Positions 38,087-45,934 are shown, numbered from the stretch's first letter. The stretch is DNA of 64,000 nt from an uncultured Bacteroidales bacterium (GCA_934728255.1 CAKVEC010000005.1:8419-72418); one strand, 5' to 3'. A program made the numbers and translations. Notes: generated by a model from the letters alone, not told the origin.

Positions 38087-38266
38087 ATGGAAAAGAAAAT
38101 GTCACCACTGGCACAAGCCGTTCAGGAGGCACAACGCCCCCGTCCAACAATTGATTTGGTTTACAATTCTGACACAGGTGTGTTCTCGGAAACAGCAGCA
38201 GGAAGTGTTACGGAAGGTCTGCCCGTTACAGAAATCACTAAAGGAGGATTCGCATGTCGGAACTAA
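38087..38266 (+). CDS. 59-aa mini-ORF with near-C-terminal Gly-Gly, candidate modifier/precursor peptide (not in supplied ORF track)
   Basis: My translation is MEKKMSPLAQAVQEAQRPRPTIDLVYNSDTGVFSETAAGSVTEGLPVTEITKGGFACRN*. Its last 13 nt overlap the E1-like start at 38254. It shares a motif block with the N-terminus of ORF 39200. Confidence 0.45.
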   Translation: MEKKMSPLAQAVQEAQRPRPTIDLVYNSDTGVFSETAAGSVTEGLPVTEITKGGFACRN

Positions 38267-39183
38267 CAGAAAAGAAATATCCTTCGCGCGAGGAGTTTTA
38301 TTCTCGTGCAAAGGGTATCCTTGAAGTAGATATTTTGCGAAATAAGCGTGTGGCTATCATCGGGCTGGGGAGTTTCGGATCGCATATCGCAGTGGAGTTG
38401 GTAAAAGCAGGTGTGGAAACATTCCACCTGTTTGATTTTGATACGATAGAGGTGCACAATCTGGCTCGTCATACGGCTTCCGTCCATGACATCGGGCGGC
38501 TGAAAACAGATGTGATGAAGGATACTATATTGGGTAAGAATCCATATGCAACGGTGCATTTGTACCCGATAGATATTCATCTCAATCCTGGGCCGTTAAC
38601 CGCTTTATTGAAGGCGCAATTGATAGACCTTATTATATGTGCGACCGACAACAACTCCAGCCGGTACATTTTAGCCCAACTAGCAAGTGAGTACAATGTT
38701 ACTTGTATCTATGGGCGTGCTATCACGCGAGCAGAGGGAGGAGATGTCTTCATACAGCGTCCTGGAGAAGCCTGCTACTGCTGCTTGGTGGGCAATGATT
38801 GGTTTGATGCTGCAGACGAGGAGATTAGTGATGAAAACTCTGCGCGTAGAGATGGACGTATTCCAGCATACGCATCGGCAGAAGATGCCGATGTAATGGT
38901 ACAAGTGGGGTTGTCATCGGACATTATGCCTATCTGCAATATGATGGTCAAGTTGGCACTGATTGAACTATCCAGAGGACTCGAATCCGGTTTGCAGGAG
39001 TTGGAGAAAGAATTGCGGTTCAACTATTATATGTGGGCCAATCGGCGGGAACGGCGTCATAAGAACTGGGCTGCGTTCGGTGAAAGTGGCAGTTTGCCCA
39101 CAATTCTTCGATGGTATGGAGCACAAATCTCTAAGAAAGAGCATTGTGCAGTATGTTCGACTTCTATAGAATTGGAAATATAG
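38254..39183 (+). CDS. E1-like ThiF/MoeB-family adenylating enzyme
   Basis: 'FYSRAKGIL', 'RVAIIGLGSFGSHIAVELVKAGV', 'FDFDTIEVHNLARH', 'ICATDNNSSR' and 'ACYCCL'. Confidence 0.85.
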   Translation: MSELTEKKYPSREEFYSRAKGILEVDILRNKRVAIIGLGSFGSHIAVELVKAGVETFHLFDFDTIEVHNLARHTASVHDIGRLKTDVMKDTILGKNPYATVHLYPIDIHLNPGPLTALLKAQLIDLIICATDNNSSRYILAQLASEYNVTCIYGRAITRAEGGDVFIQRPGEACYCCLVGNDWFDAADEEISDENSARRDGRIPAYASAEDADVMVQVGLSSDIMPICNMMVKLALIELSRGLESGLQELEKELRFNYYMWANRRERRHKNWAAFGESGSLPTILRWYGAQISKKEHCAVCSTSIELEI

Positions 39184-39199
39184 GAAAGATGGAAGTGAA

Positions 39200-39622
39200 A
39201 TGAATGATTTGAATGACATTGTTTTTAATCCCGAGACCGGGCTGTTTGAGAGCAAAACCAATATCACAGCCCACCTTACGGAGTGCCAAATACAGGGGGG
39301 TAGCAGAAGCCGTCGTATGATAGACCCCGCACGTGCTGCCTTGAAACCCGTCATAGTGGATTTTCGGGTAGAAGGCGGATATGAGCATAAGGTCGGATCT
39401 GAGGTATGTGTGCGTTGGCGTGTGGCAAATGCGCAGAAAATCATTATTCATTTCCACAATCACCGCGCATTGGAATATGATATGCAGGGTACTTTGCGGT
39501 TTGTTATGCCTGATGAGGATTGCAAGGTACGCTTGGTTGCAACGAATCAGGACGTAAAAACCCAAAGTACTATTTCCTTGATATCTCGTCGTCTAACCAT
39601 CTTCGACCGTTTATTCAGGTGA
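39200..39622 (+). CDS. Hypothetical protein: N-terminal GG-terminated module paralogous to the mini-ORF, plus a beta-rich C-terminal domain
   Basis: 'NDIVFNPETGLFES...LTECQIQGG' parallels 'IDLVYNSDTGVFSE...VTEITKGG'. The remainder ('KPVIVDFRVEGG...VCVRWRV...KIIIHF...CKVRLVATN') looks like an Ig-like sandwich, which is an inference. Confidence 0.5.
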   Translation: MNDLNDIVFNPETGLFESKTNITAHLTECQIQGGSRSRRMIDPARAALKPVIVDFRVEGGYEHKVGSEVCVRWRVANAQKIIIHFHNHRALEYDMQGTLRFVMPDEDCKVRLVATNQDVKTQSTISLISRRLTIFDRLFR

Positions 39623-39643
39623 TAAAATCCTTATAACACCAAT

Positions 39644-39665
39644 TACGTAGAAAAGACGTAGAAAG
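39644..39665 (+). repeat. Two units of TACGTAGAAAG-family 11-mer
   Basis: 'tacgtagaaaagacgtagaaag', read directly about 20 nt after the stop of ORF 39200. Confidence 0.75.
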
Positions 39666-39749
39666 AATGGGTATTACGTGTTTAGCACAATGTACTATGT
39701 ATTTACCGTAGTCGTCAGTGTGAGGACAACTGCAGAATAGATTATTATT

Positions 39750-42700
39750 ATGGAACCAACAAATACCTCCCATACCGTCCAAACGGCAAACGCTCAAAAC
39801 AGAGTGAACTATTGGGAACGGAAACTTTTGGATTTGACCAAGAGTAATGCACTCATCAATATACGATATGGAAATACTTGTATTGCATTGACAAATGAGG
39901 CAACCGAAGAAATATATGCAGAACTGACAGACGGAGGTAATATGCCTCTCCTGTCCTCCTGCAATACTTCTACACACGGCTTGCAAACCGCATTGGAAGA
40001 CAAAGAACTCGCTCAAAATGCGAAAGAACTGATGCGAACGGCCCAAAGCAATTTGGAAGAGATTGGCAATGCGCAACTGTTTGTAGTGATGGGAATGTTA
40101 CAATACATAGACAATCCTAACCCATTTCAACCTTCTGCCGCCATAGACTCTCATGTGGCACCCGTGTTGCTGCTACCCGTTAAGATTACACGGCAACGTA
40201 TAACCGGAGTGTACTACATATCTGCAATGGGAGACGAACCGTGTGTAAACGTTACGCTCATAGAACTGCTCAAGCAACAACATGAACGCAACTTATCTTC
40301 GCTTGTCGCCAATACAGATACCACGCCTGACTACAGGAAAGTAATGGAGACTTTTCAGGAGTTGGCAGCAAGCAAAACCGACTGGCATTTCTATTCAGGT
40401 ATGTGCGTAGGGATATTCTCGTTTGCCAAGTTTGTGATGTGGAGTGATATCCATACCAACTCCGAGCGTATGCTGAAATCGTCGTTAGTGGAAAGCCTTG
40501 TAGAGAAACGAAAAGCGGATTCGATGGCAATACCCGACAGTGATGCGCGGACAATGGACAAGGAAACAAAGCCCATAGAGTTGGCATTGCCTTTAGACGC
40601 CGATAGTTCGCAAATAGAGGCTGTAGCAGATGCTTCCGCAGGAAAAAGTTTCTTGCTCTATGGTCCTCCGGGGACAGGCAAAAGCCAGACAATTACCAAC
40701 ATCATTGCCAATGCCATTTACCACAAACAGCAAGTGCTTTTTGTAGCACAGAAGCGTGCTGCGCTGGAAGTGGTACAGGAGCGTTTACAGCAAATAGGTA
40801 TTGATTCGTTTTGCTTGGAACTGCACTCTAACAAAGCCACCAAAACGTATCTGATCAACCAGTTGGAGCAGGTGATGAGCAGCGCATACAGCAATGATTT
40901 TGAACGGGATTTTCATAATGTTTCCGAGCAACTGTTCGCGCGTCGTAAACAGTTGCTGCAATATATAGAAGCATTGAATGCTCCGCATAGCATGCACGGA
41001 GATGAATACTCTTTAGCCGATTGCATTGAGCAGTATTGTGCCATTGATGCTGCAGGGCTATTGTCGTTTGATTTTGACCAACCGACACTCTCACGCACTA
41101 CCAACGCAGAGTTGGATAGTATTGCCAACACCTTGCACGAGATGCAAACCATTCGTCCTACATTTGCAAGCATCGAGAAGCATCCATTACGCACATTGCT
41201 TCCACGTGACGGACGTATTAGTGCGATTGAGAATATATGTAACAAGTTGCAGGAACTGCGGCAAGACATAGTGGAGATTTCACTCAACCAAAACGGGTTG
41301 CGCAAATGGTTGCGCTTGTCGGGCTTGCAACAACGTTACCATCTGCATGAGATTGAATTGCAAGATTTAGCCACCATTGTTTGGGACACCTCGGCATTGT
41401 ATGAAGACAAACAAAAAGACATTAGCCAATGGTTAGCCCATCGTGCGGAAATGAAAGAGTGGAGTCTGTATAGTGTCAGGTGGAATCGTGTGACGGATTT
41501 GGGATATCCACAATTGGCAGATGCTATGGAGGCAGAGACTGATACAGTCGTTGTGCAATCTTTGCGCCGGGCTGTTTATCAACAACGTGCAATGGATATT
41601 ATTGATTCGGATAACACCCTAACCATGTTCAACGGGAAAGTGTTTGAGGAGATAATCGCAGAATATCGTCGGTTGTTCAGCGAATTTCAATCACTGACGA
41701 AACAAATTCTGCTACTACGGCTGCAAAACAATGTGCGCGATACGCTATTAAGTCCAAATCCTATAATCCAAAGTTCGTTAACAATCATTCGCCGATGGAT
41801 CAAACAACACGGGCGCGGTATGAGTATTCGGCATTTGTTTGCAGAACATGGCGAAGTATTGCGTACTCTCTGTCCGTGCCTGCTGATGTCTCCAATCTCT
41901 GTGGCACAATACCTGCCTATACGCTCTTCCTTATTCGATATGGTGCTGTTTGACGAGGCATCACAGATCCCTACTTCGGAAGCAGTCGGAGCCATTGCAC
42001 GTGGCAAGGCTGTTGTGATTGTGGGGGACCCGAAGCAGATGCCGCCGACCACTTTTTTCCAAACGCAATTATTTTCGGAAGAAGATATAATCAATGGCGA
42101 TATGGAATCGGTGCTTGACGACTGTATTACATTGGGAATGCCAGACCATTACCTAAACTATCATTATCGTTCACGTCATGAATCGTTGATTGCTTTCAGT
42201 AATCATTACTACTATGACGACAAATTAGTAACTTTCCCTAGCGCAGACAACAGAATTTCGCATTTGCATTATTGCTATGTAGAGAGCGTTTATGATTATA
42301 GTGCTACCCGTACTAACCGCTTGGAAGCAGAGGCGTTGGTTCTGGAAGTGATCAGGCGATTGGGTAACCCTGAACAGAGTCGTTGCTCAATGGGTATCAT
42401 TGCATTCAGTAAGGTTCAGCAAGACTTGATTGAAGAACTGCTTTCGGAGCAACTATCACGCCGACATAATTTGGAAAAACGGGCTTTTGGTGAGAATAGG
42501 GAACCTCTGTTTGTTAAGAATTTGGAGAATGTGCAAGGTGATGAACGCGATGTTATCTTCTTGTCGGTAGGTTATGGACCGGACAAGGACGGGAAAATTA
42601 GTATGAATTTCGGACCGCTGAATAACGCCGGTGGTGAGAGGCGTCTGAATGTAGCCGTTACTCGTGCCAGACAGGAGATGTTGGTCTTCACCGGAATGCA

Positions 42701-43154
42701 TTCGGAAGATATCGACTTGTCTAAGTCACAGGCACTTGGTGTGGAAGGACTGAAGAATTTTCTATACTACGCTGAGCATCATGAATTGCCTCAAGATATT
42801 GCTGCTCCGGGACAGAACTATCCCCTACATCCTATTGCTGTGCAATTGGCAGATGTGTTGCGTAACGAAGGCTATCGTGTGGATACAGGAGTCGGGCAAA
42901 GCGATTTTCGTATAGATGTTGCTGTTGTCAATCCCGCATGTCCTGATATGTACCTATTGGGCATACAGATAGACGGGTGGCGCTACTATCAAACACCCAC
43001 TATGCGAGATCGTGCCTTGGTGCAACCTGATGTATTGCAGGGGCTTGGTTGGAAAATTGTACACATTTGGCAAGAAGATTATTTCCATTCCCCGCAAATT
43101 GTCATACGACAACTACTGAATATCCTGACACAAACGACTAATAACCAACAATAA
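39750..43154 (+). CDS. Superfamily 1 (DNA2/Upf1-like) helicase with C-terminal PD-(D/E)xK endonuclease-like domain
   Basis: 1134 aa with 'LLYGPPGTGKSQTITNIIA', 'VLFDEASQIP', 'VIVGDPKQMPPT', 'HYRSRHESLIAFSN', 'NVQGDERDVIFLSVGY' and 'RLNVAVTRAR'. The C-terminal 'DFRIDVAVV...LGIQIDGWRYY...RDRALVQPDVLQGLGWKIVHIW' is Vsr/DUF559-like. The N-terminus is possibly DUF4011, from memory. Confidence 0.85.
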   Translation: MEPTNTSHTVQTANAQNRVNYWERKLLDLTKSNALINIRYGNTCIALTNEATEEIYAELTDGGNMPLLSSCNTSTHGLQTALEDKELAQNAKELMRTAQSNLEEIGNAQLFVVMGMLQYIDNPNPFQPSAAIDSHVAPVLLLPVKITRQRITGVYYISAMGDEPCVNVTLIELLKQQHERNLSSLVANTDTTPDYRKVMETFQELAASKTDWHFYSGMCVGIFSFAKFVMWSDIHTNSERMLKSSLVESLVEKRKADSMAIPDSDARTMDKETKPIELALPLDADSSQIEAVADASAGKSFLLYGPPGTGKSQTITNIIANAIYHKQQVLFVAQKRAALEVVQERLQQIGIDSFCLELHSNKATKTYLINQLEQVMSSAYSNDFERDFHNVSEQLFARRKQLLQYIEALNAPHSMHGDEYSLADCIEQYCAIDAAGLLSFDFDQPTLSRTTNAELDSIANTLHEMQTIRPTFASIEKHPLRTLLPRDGRISAIENICNKLQELRQDIVEISLNQNGLRKWLRLSGLQQRYHLHEIELQDLATIVWDTSALYEDKQKDISQWLAHRAEMKEWSLYSVRWNRVTDLGYPQLADAMEAETDTVVVQSLRRAVYQQRAMDIIDSDNTLTMFNGKVFEEIIAEYRRLFSEFQSLTKQILLLRLQNNVRDTLLSPNPIIQSSLTIIRRWIKQHGRGMSIRHLFAEHGEVLRTLCPCLLMSPISVAQYLPIRSSLFDMVLFDEASQIPTSEAVGAIARGKAVVIVGDPKQMPPTTFFQTQLFSEEDIINGDMESVLDDCITLGMPDHYLNYHYRSRHESLIAFSNHYYYDDKLVTFPSADNRISHLHYCYVESVYDYSATRTNRLEAEALVLEVIRRLGNPEQSRCSMGIIAFSKVQQDLIEELLSEQLSRRHNLEKRAFGENREPLFVKNLENVQGDERDVIFLSVGYGPDKDGKISMNFGPLNNAGGERRLNVAVTRARQEMLVFTGMHSEDIDLSKSQALGVEGLKNFLYYAEHHELPQDIAAPGQNYPLHPIAVQLADVLRNEGYRVDTGVGQSDFRIDVAVVNPACPDMYLLGIQIDGWRYYQTPTMRDRALVQPDVLQGLGWKIVHIWQEDYFHSPQIVIRQLLNILTQTTNNQQ

Positions 43155-43161
43155 CAAAACT

Positions 43162-44580
43162 ATGACACGAGAAGAACAATTGAAATTATGCTCTGTCTGC
43201 ACCCATCGTCAGATGGATATGCATAAAGGTATGTTGTGCGGACTGACTCAAAATGCCGCAAATTTTGAAGGCGAATGCCCTAACTTTGAGCAAGATGAGA
43301 AAGAATTCCAAAAACAGCAGCAGATTCAGCAAGAGATTATGAGTGATGAAGACCATACTGTTGGTGGTTGGTTGGCAATTTTTTTATGGCTCGGCATTGG
43401 AGGCGGTGCCTTGGCGAGTATAGTGACTACATGTTTGTCATTTAGTGATTTGTTGTTATCGACATGGCTTGTCGTTGCACAATTGGTTATTTTGCTTTGT
43501 TTGTGCACTATCGCAGTTAGCACAATCGTAGCCTTTTATAAGCGTCAACCCAATGCCAAAGCATTGGCATATACATATATTGCAACAATTGCAATAGATA
43601 GCGTCTTTGCTATTGCAATGTACTTCGCAATACCCGATGCTCAGGAAAGCAATCTTGTACACTCTATTCGTTCCATATTGTGGGGCGTGATATGGGGTAC
43701 ATATCTTGCCAGTTCAACACGTGTGGAGAATATCGTTCCGAAGCCACGCACATGGCAGATATTTGAGAAAATCTTGGCAGGTGTCATTGTGAGTATGTAT
43801 ATATTGATGGCTACTGTTACTATAGATATGCACAACAATGAAAATAGTATATTCTACAACCCGCGCCAAGTGGTTAAGACAATATTGCAAGAAATTAACA
43901 AAGACCTTCCATATCAGGATATTGACGGCGTCATTTCGCAGCGTCTGTTTTTGCAAAAAGATACAATTGTGTATCCGTACAAATTGACACAAACGGATAT
44001 CAAAGATTGTGTTGTAGAGGATTTGCAACTTACAGGTATGCACACAAAACAATCAATACTTCAAGAAGTTGCATTACAATCACCGGATGCCACCCTATCG
44101 GGGCATGAGTATTTCTTCGAGCATAACTACAGCGTGTCTTTCCGCTATTATGACAAATGGAATACTCTGTTGTATTCAGTCGCAATTACCCCTGAAGATT
44201 ACACGAATGCGCTTGCTGCTGGTAATCAATTCCGATGTGACGAAGCAGATTTTCAAAAGGCAGAAGATATTGTCAAGACATTGTTGCCCATTGCATATCT
44301 TGGAGAAGGTGCCGAGTTGACAGATATCCGTCATACACATGATAACCTATACTACGTGATTCGATTTAAGGATATGTATTTCGCAGACGTGTGCCAAATA
44401 GATAAGTCTTACTTCCGACAGACTATATTGTCTCATTTCGCGGAGTTGGAAGATGCTGTGGTCTCAATGGCGGAAATGAATCGGATGAACATTGTGTTTT
44501 CGTTGTGCGGTATAGACTCCGATAGAACTATAGACATAGTCATTACCCCGCAAGATTATATACAGACTGTCGAAAAATAA
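43162..44580 (+). CDS. Membrane protein: Cys-rich N-terminal knuckle, multi-pass TM core, unknown C-terminal domain
   Basis: 'CSVCTHRQ...CGL...GECPNF', then the TM stretch 'GGWLAIFLWLGIGGGALASIV...'. A 7-nt gap separates it from the helicase gene. Confidence 0.55.
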   Translation: MTREEQLKLCSVCTHRQMDMHKGMLCGLTQNAANFEGECPNFEQDEKEFQKQQQIQQEIMSDEDHTVGGWLAIFLWLGIGGGALASIVTTCLSFSDLLLSTWLVVAQLVILLCLCTIAVSTIVAFYKRQPNAKALAYTYIATIAIDSVFAIAMYFAIPDAQESNLVHSIRSILWGVIWGTYLASSTRVENIVPKPRTWQIFEKILAGVIVSMYILMATVTIDMHNNENSIFYNPRQVVKTILQEINKDLPYQDIDGVISQRLFLQKDTIVYPYKLTQTDIKDCVVEDLQLTGMHTKQSILQEVALQSPDATLSGHEYFFEHNYSVSFRYYDKWNTLLYSVAITPEDYTNALAAGNQFRCDEADFQKAEDIVKTLLPIAYLGEGAELTDIRHTHDNLYYVIRFKDMYFADVCQIDKSYFRQTILSHFAELEDAVVSMAEMNRMNIVFSLCGIDSDRTIDIVITPQDYIQTVEK

Positions 44581-44678
44581 TGATTGTATGCAGCAAATAT
44601 GTTGAAGGTTTGTTTAGGTCTGATGATTTTCAAGATCCTGAATATGAATATACAATTCCCATACCTCATAATACCGAT

Positions 44679-44711
44679 TACGTAGAAAGGACGTAGAAAG
44701 GACGTAGAAAG
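44679..44711 (+). repeat. Three tandem 11-bp units (tacgtagaaag gacgtagaaag gacgtagaaag)
   Basis: Read directly. It is followed by the hairpin 'ggctt..aagcc' and 'tgttttta'. Confidence 0.85.
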
Positions 44712-44970
44712 AATTGGCTTTTCTCTATAGGATAAGCCTGTTTTTATGCACTTTATTCACTCTGTACTTTGCATAAACTGTATAAAATAGATGCTAAATA
44801 CAAAACGCAAGTGAATTGAGTGTAAACAGAGTGCCACAAAATAACAAGTCTCCAGTGCCATACCGGCAGAGAATTAGCATAATTTTTGCATACGATCAAC
44901 AGAATAAATAAAAACTTTGTATATATCGCAAAGTATATTTTGTTGACTTTGTAAAAATGCTTCATATAAT

Positions 44971-45813
44971 ATGAAAACGGGACTGGTGCTGGAAGGCGGC
45001 GGAATGCGCGGAATTTATACCTGCGGAGTGTTGGATATCATGATGGACAAGGGCTTTGAACCCGATGTGCTGTGCGGTACATCAGCGGGTGCGCTTTTTG
45101 GTGTCAACCTTCCGTCCAAGCAACGTGGCAGAGCCTTTGATTACAACTATCGTTACTGCGACAATCCCGACTATGTCTCCATTCGTTCCCTCATTCGCAC
45201 GGGTAATATGGTGAATGTGGATTTTTCGTACAACCGTATTCCCAACGAGTTGGCTCCGTTTGACGAAGTCGCATACGAAGCCTCGAAAACCCAAGTCTTC
45301 GCTACCGTAACCAACGTAAAAACAGGCAAAGCCGAATACAAGCATATCGAAAATTGTATGACGCAAATAGACTGGCTCCGAGCATCGGGTACGTTGCCGT
45401 TTATTTCCCATAGGGTGCATATCGGTGAGAATGAGTACTTGGATGGCGGATTGGTGGACAATATCCCGCTGGATAAAGCGTTTGAGGAGGGCTGCGACAA
45501 GGTGATTGTGGTGCTGACGCGCCCCATTGAGTTCCGTCTGAACGAGCACATGTATTTGCTCAGCAAGATATTTTATCCGCAAGAAAAGAACCTGCAACAG
45601 GCATTGCGTGTGCGCAGTGCGAACTACAACAAACGTATGCAGCAGGTGCGCCAACTGAAGGAGGAAGGCAAGATTTTTGTATTCTCGCCCGAAACATTGT
45701 TGCCCGTGCGCCGTTTGGAGCGCAATCCGCTCCACCTCAAACAAATCTACCACCTCGGTCTCCGTGATGCCACCCGCGAATGGAGTAAACTGGAAAACTA
45801 TCTGCAAAAATAA
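44971..45813 (+). CDS. Patatin-like phospholipase
   Basis: 'LVLEGGGMRGIYTCGVLD' (oxyanion GGG.RG), 'GTSAGA' (GxSxG) and 'DGG' (the catalytic Asp motif). Confidence 0.85.
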   Translation: MKTGLVLEGGGMRGIYTCGVLDIMMDKGFEPDVLCGTSAGALFGVNLPSKQRGRAFDYNYRYCDNPDYVSIRSLIRTGNMVNVDFSYNRIPNELAPFDEVAYEASKTQVFATVTNVKTGKAEYKHIENCMTQIDWLRASGTLPFISHRVHIGENEYLDGGLVDNIPLDKAFEEGCDKVIVVLTRPIEFRLNEHMYLLSKIFYPQEKNLQQALRVRSANYNKRMQQVRQLKEEGKIFVFSPETLLPVRRLERNPLHLKQIYHLGLRDATREWSKLENYLQK

Positions 45814-45891
45814 GCCGATACATAGAATAGTTGCTTTTGTGTAAAATCGTGCATACTGCCAATACCTATTGTGTATGTAAAAAAAAAAGCG

Positions 45892-45899
45892 TACCTTTG
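45892..45899 (+). promoter_or_regulatory. Bacteroidota -7 motif ('tacctttg')
   Basis: Exact TAnnTTTG match, 36 nt upstream of the ATG at 45935. Confidence 0.45.
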
Positions 45900-45934
45900 C
45901 GCGCTATTTTGTACGTATAAAAACTAAATTCACA

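Noticed and set aside
38102-38311. A 69-aa minus-strand ORF across the E2 to E1 gap.
   Set aside because: It is Cys-rich with no motif and lies antisense to a tightly coupled plus-strand operon. The plus-strand 59-aa ORF fits the gap exactly and has a paralogous motif at 39200.
19920-44970. Calling the accessory stretch an integrative or mobile element.
   Set aside because: No integrase, recombinase, transposase, conjugation gene, tRNA target or flanking att-like duplication could be identified by eye. It is reported only as accessory-looking.
45082-45807. A 241-aa minus-strand ORF opposite the patatin gene, with similar antisense ORFs at 55170..55811, 55732..56628 and 59525..60274.
   Set aside because: In each case the opposite strand carries a gene with strong family motifs (patatin GxSxG, DUF6089 barrel, UppS, Skp).
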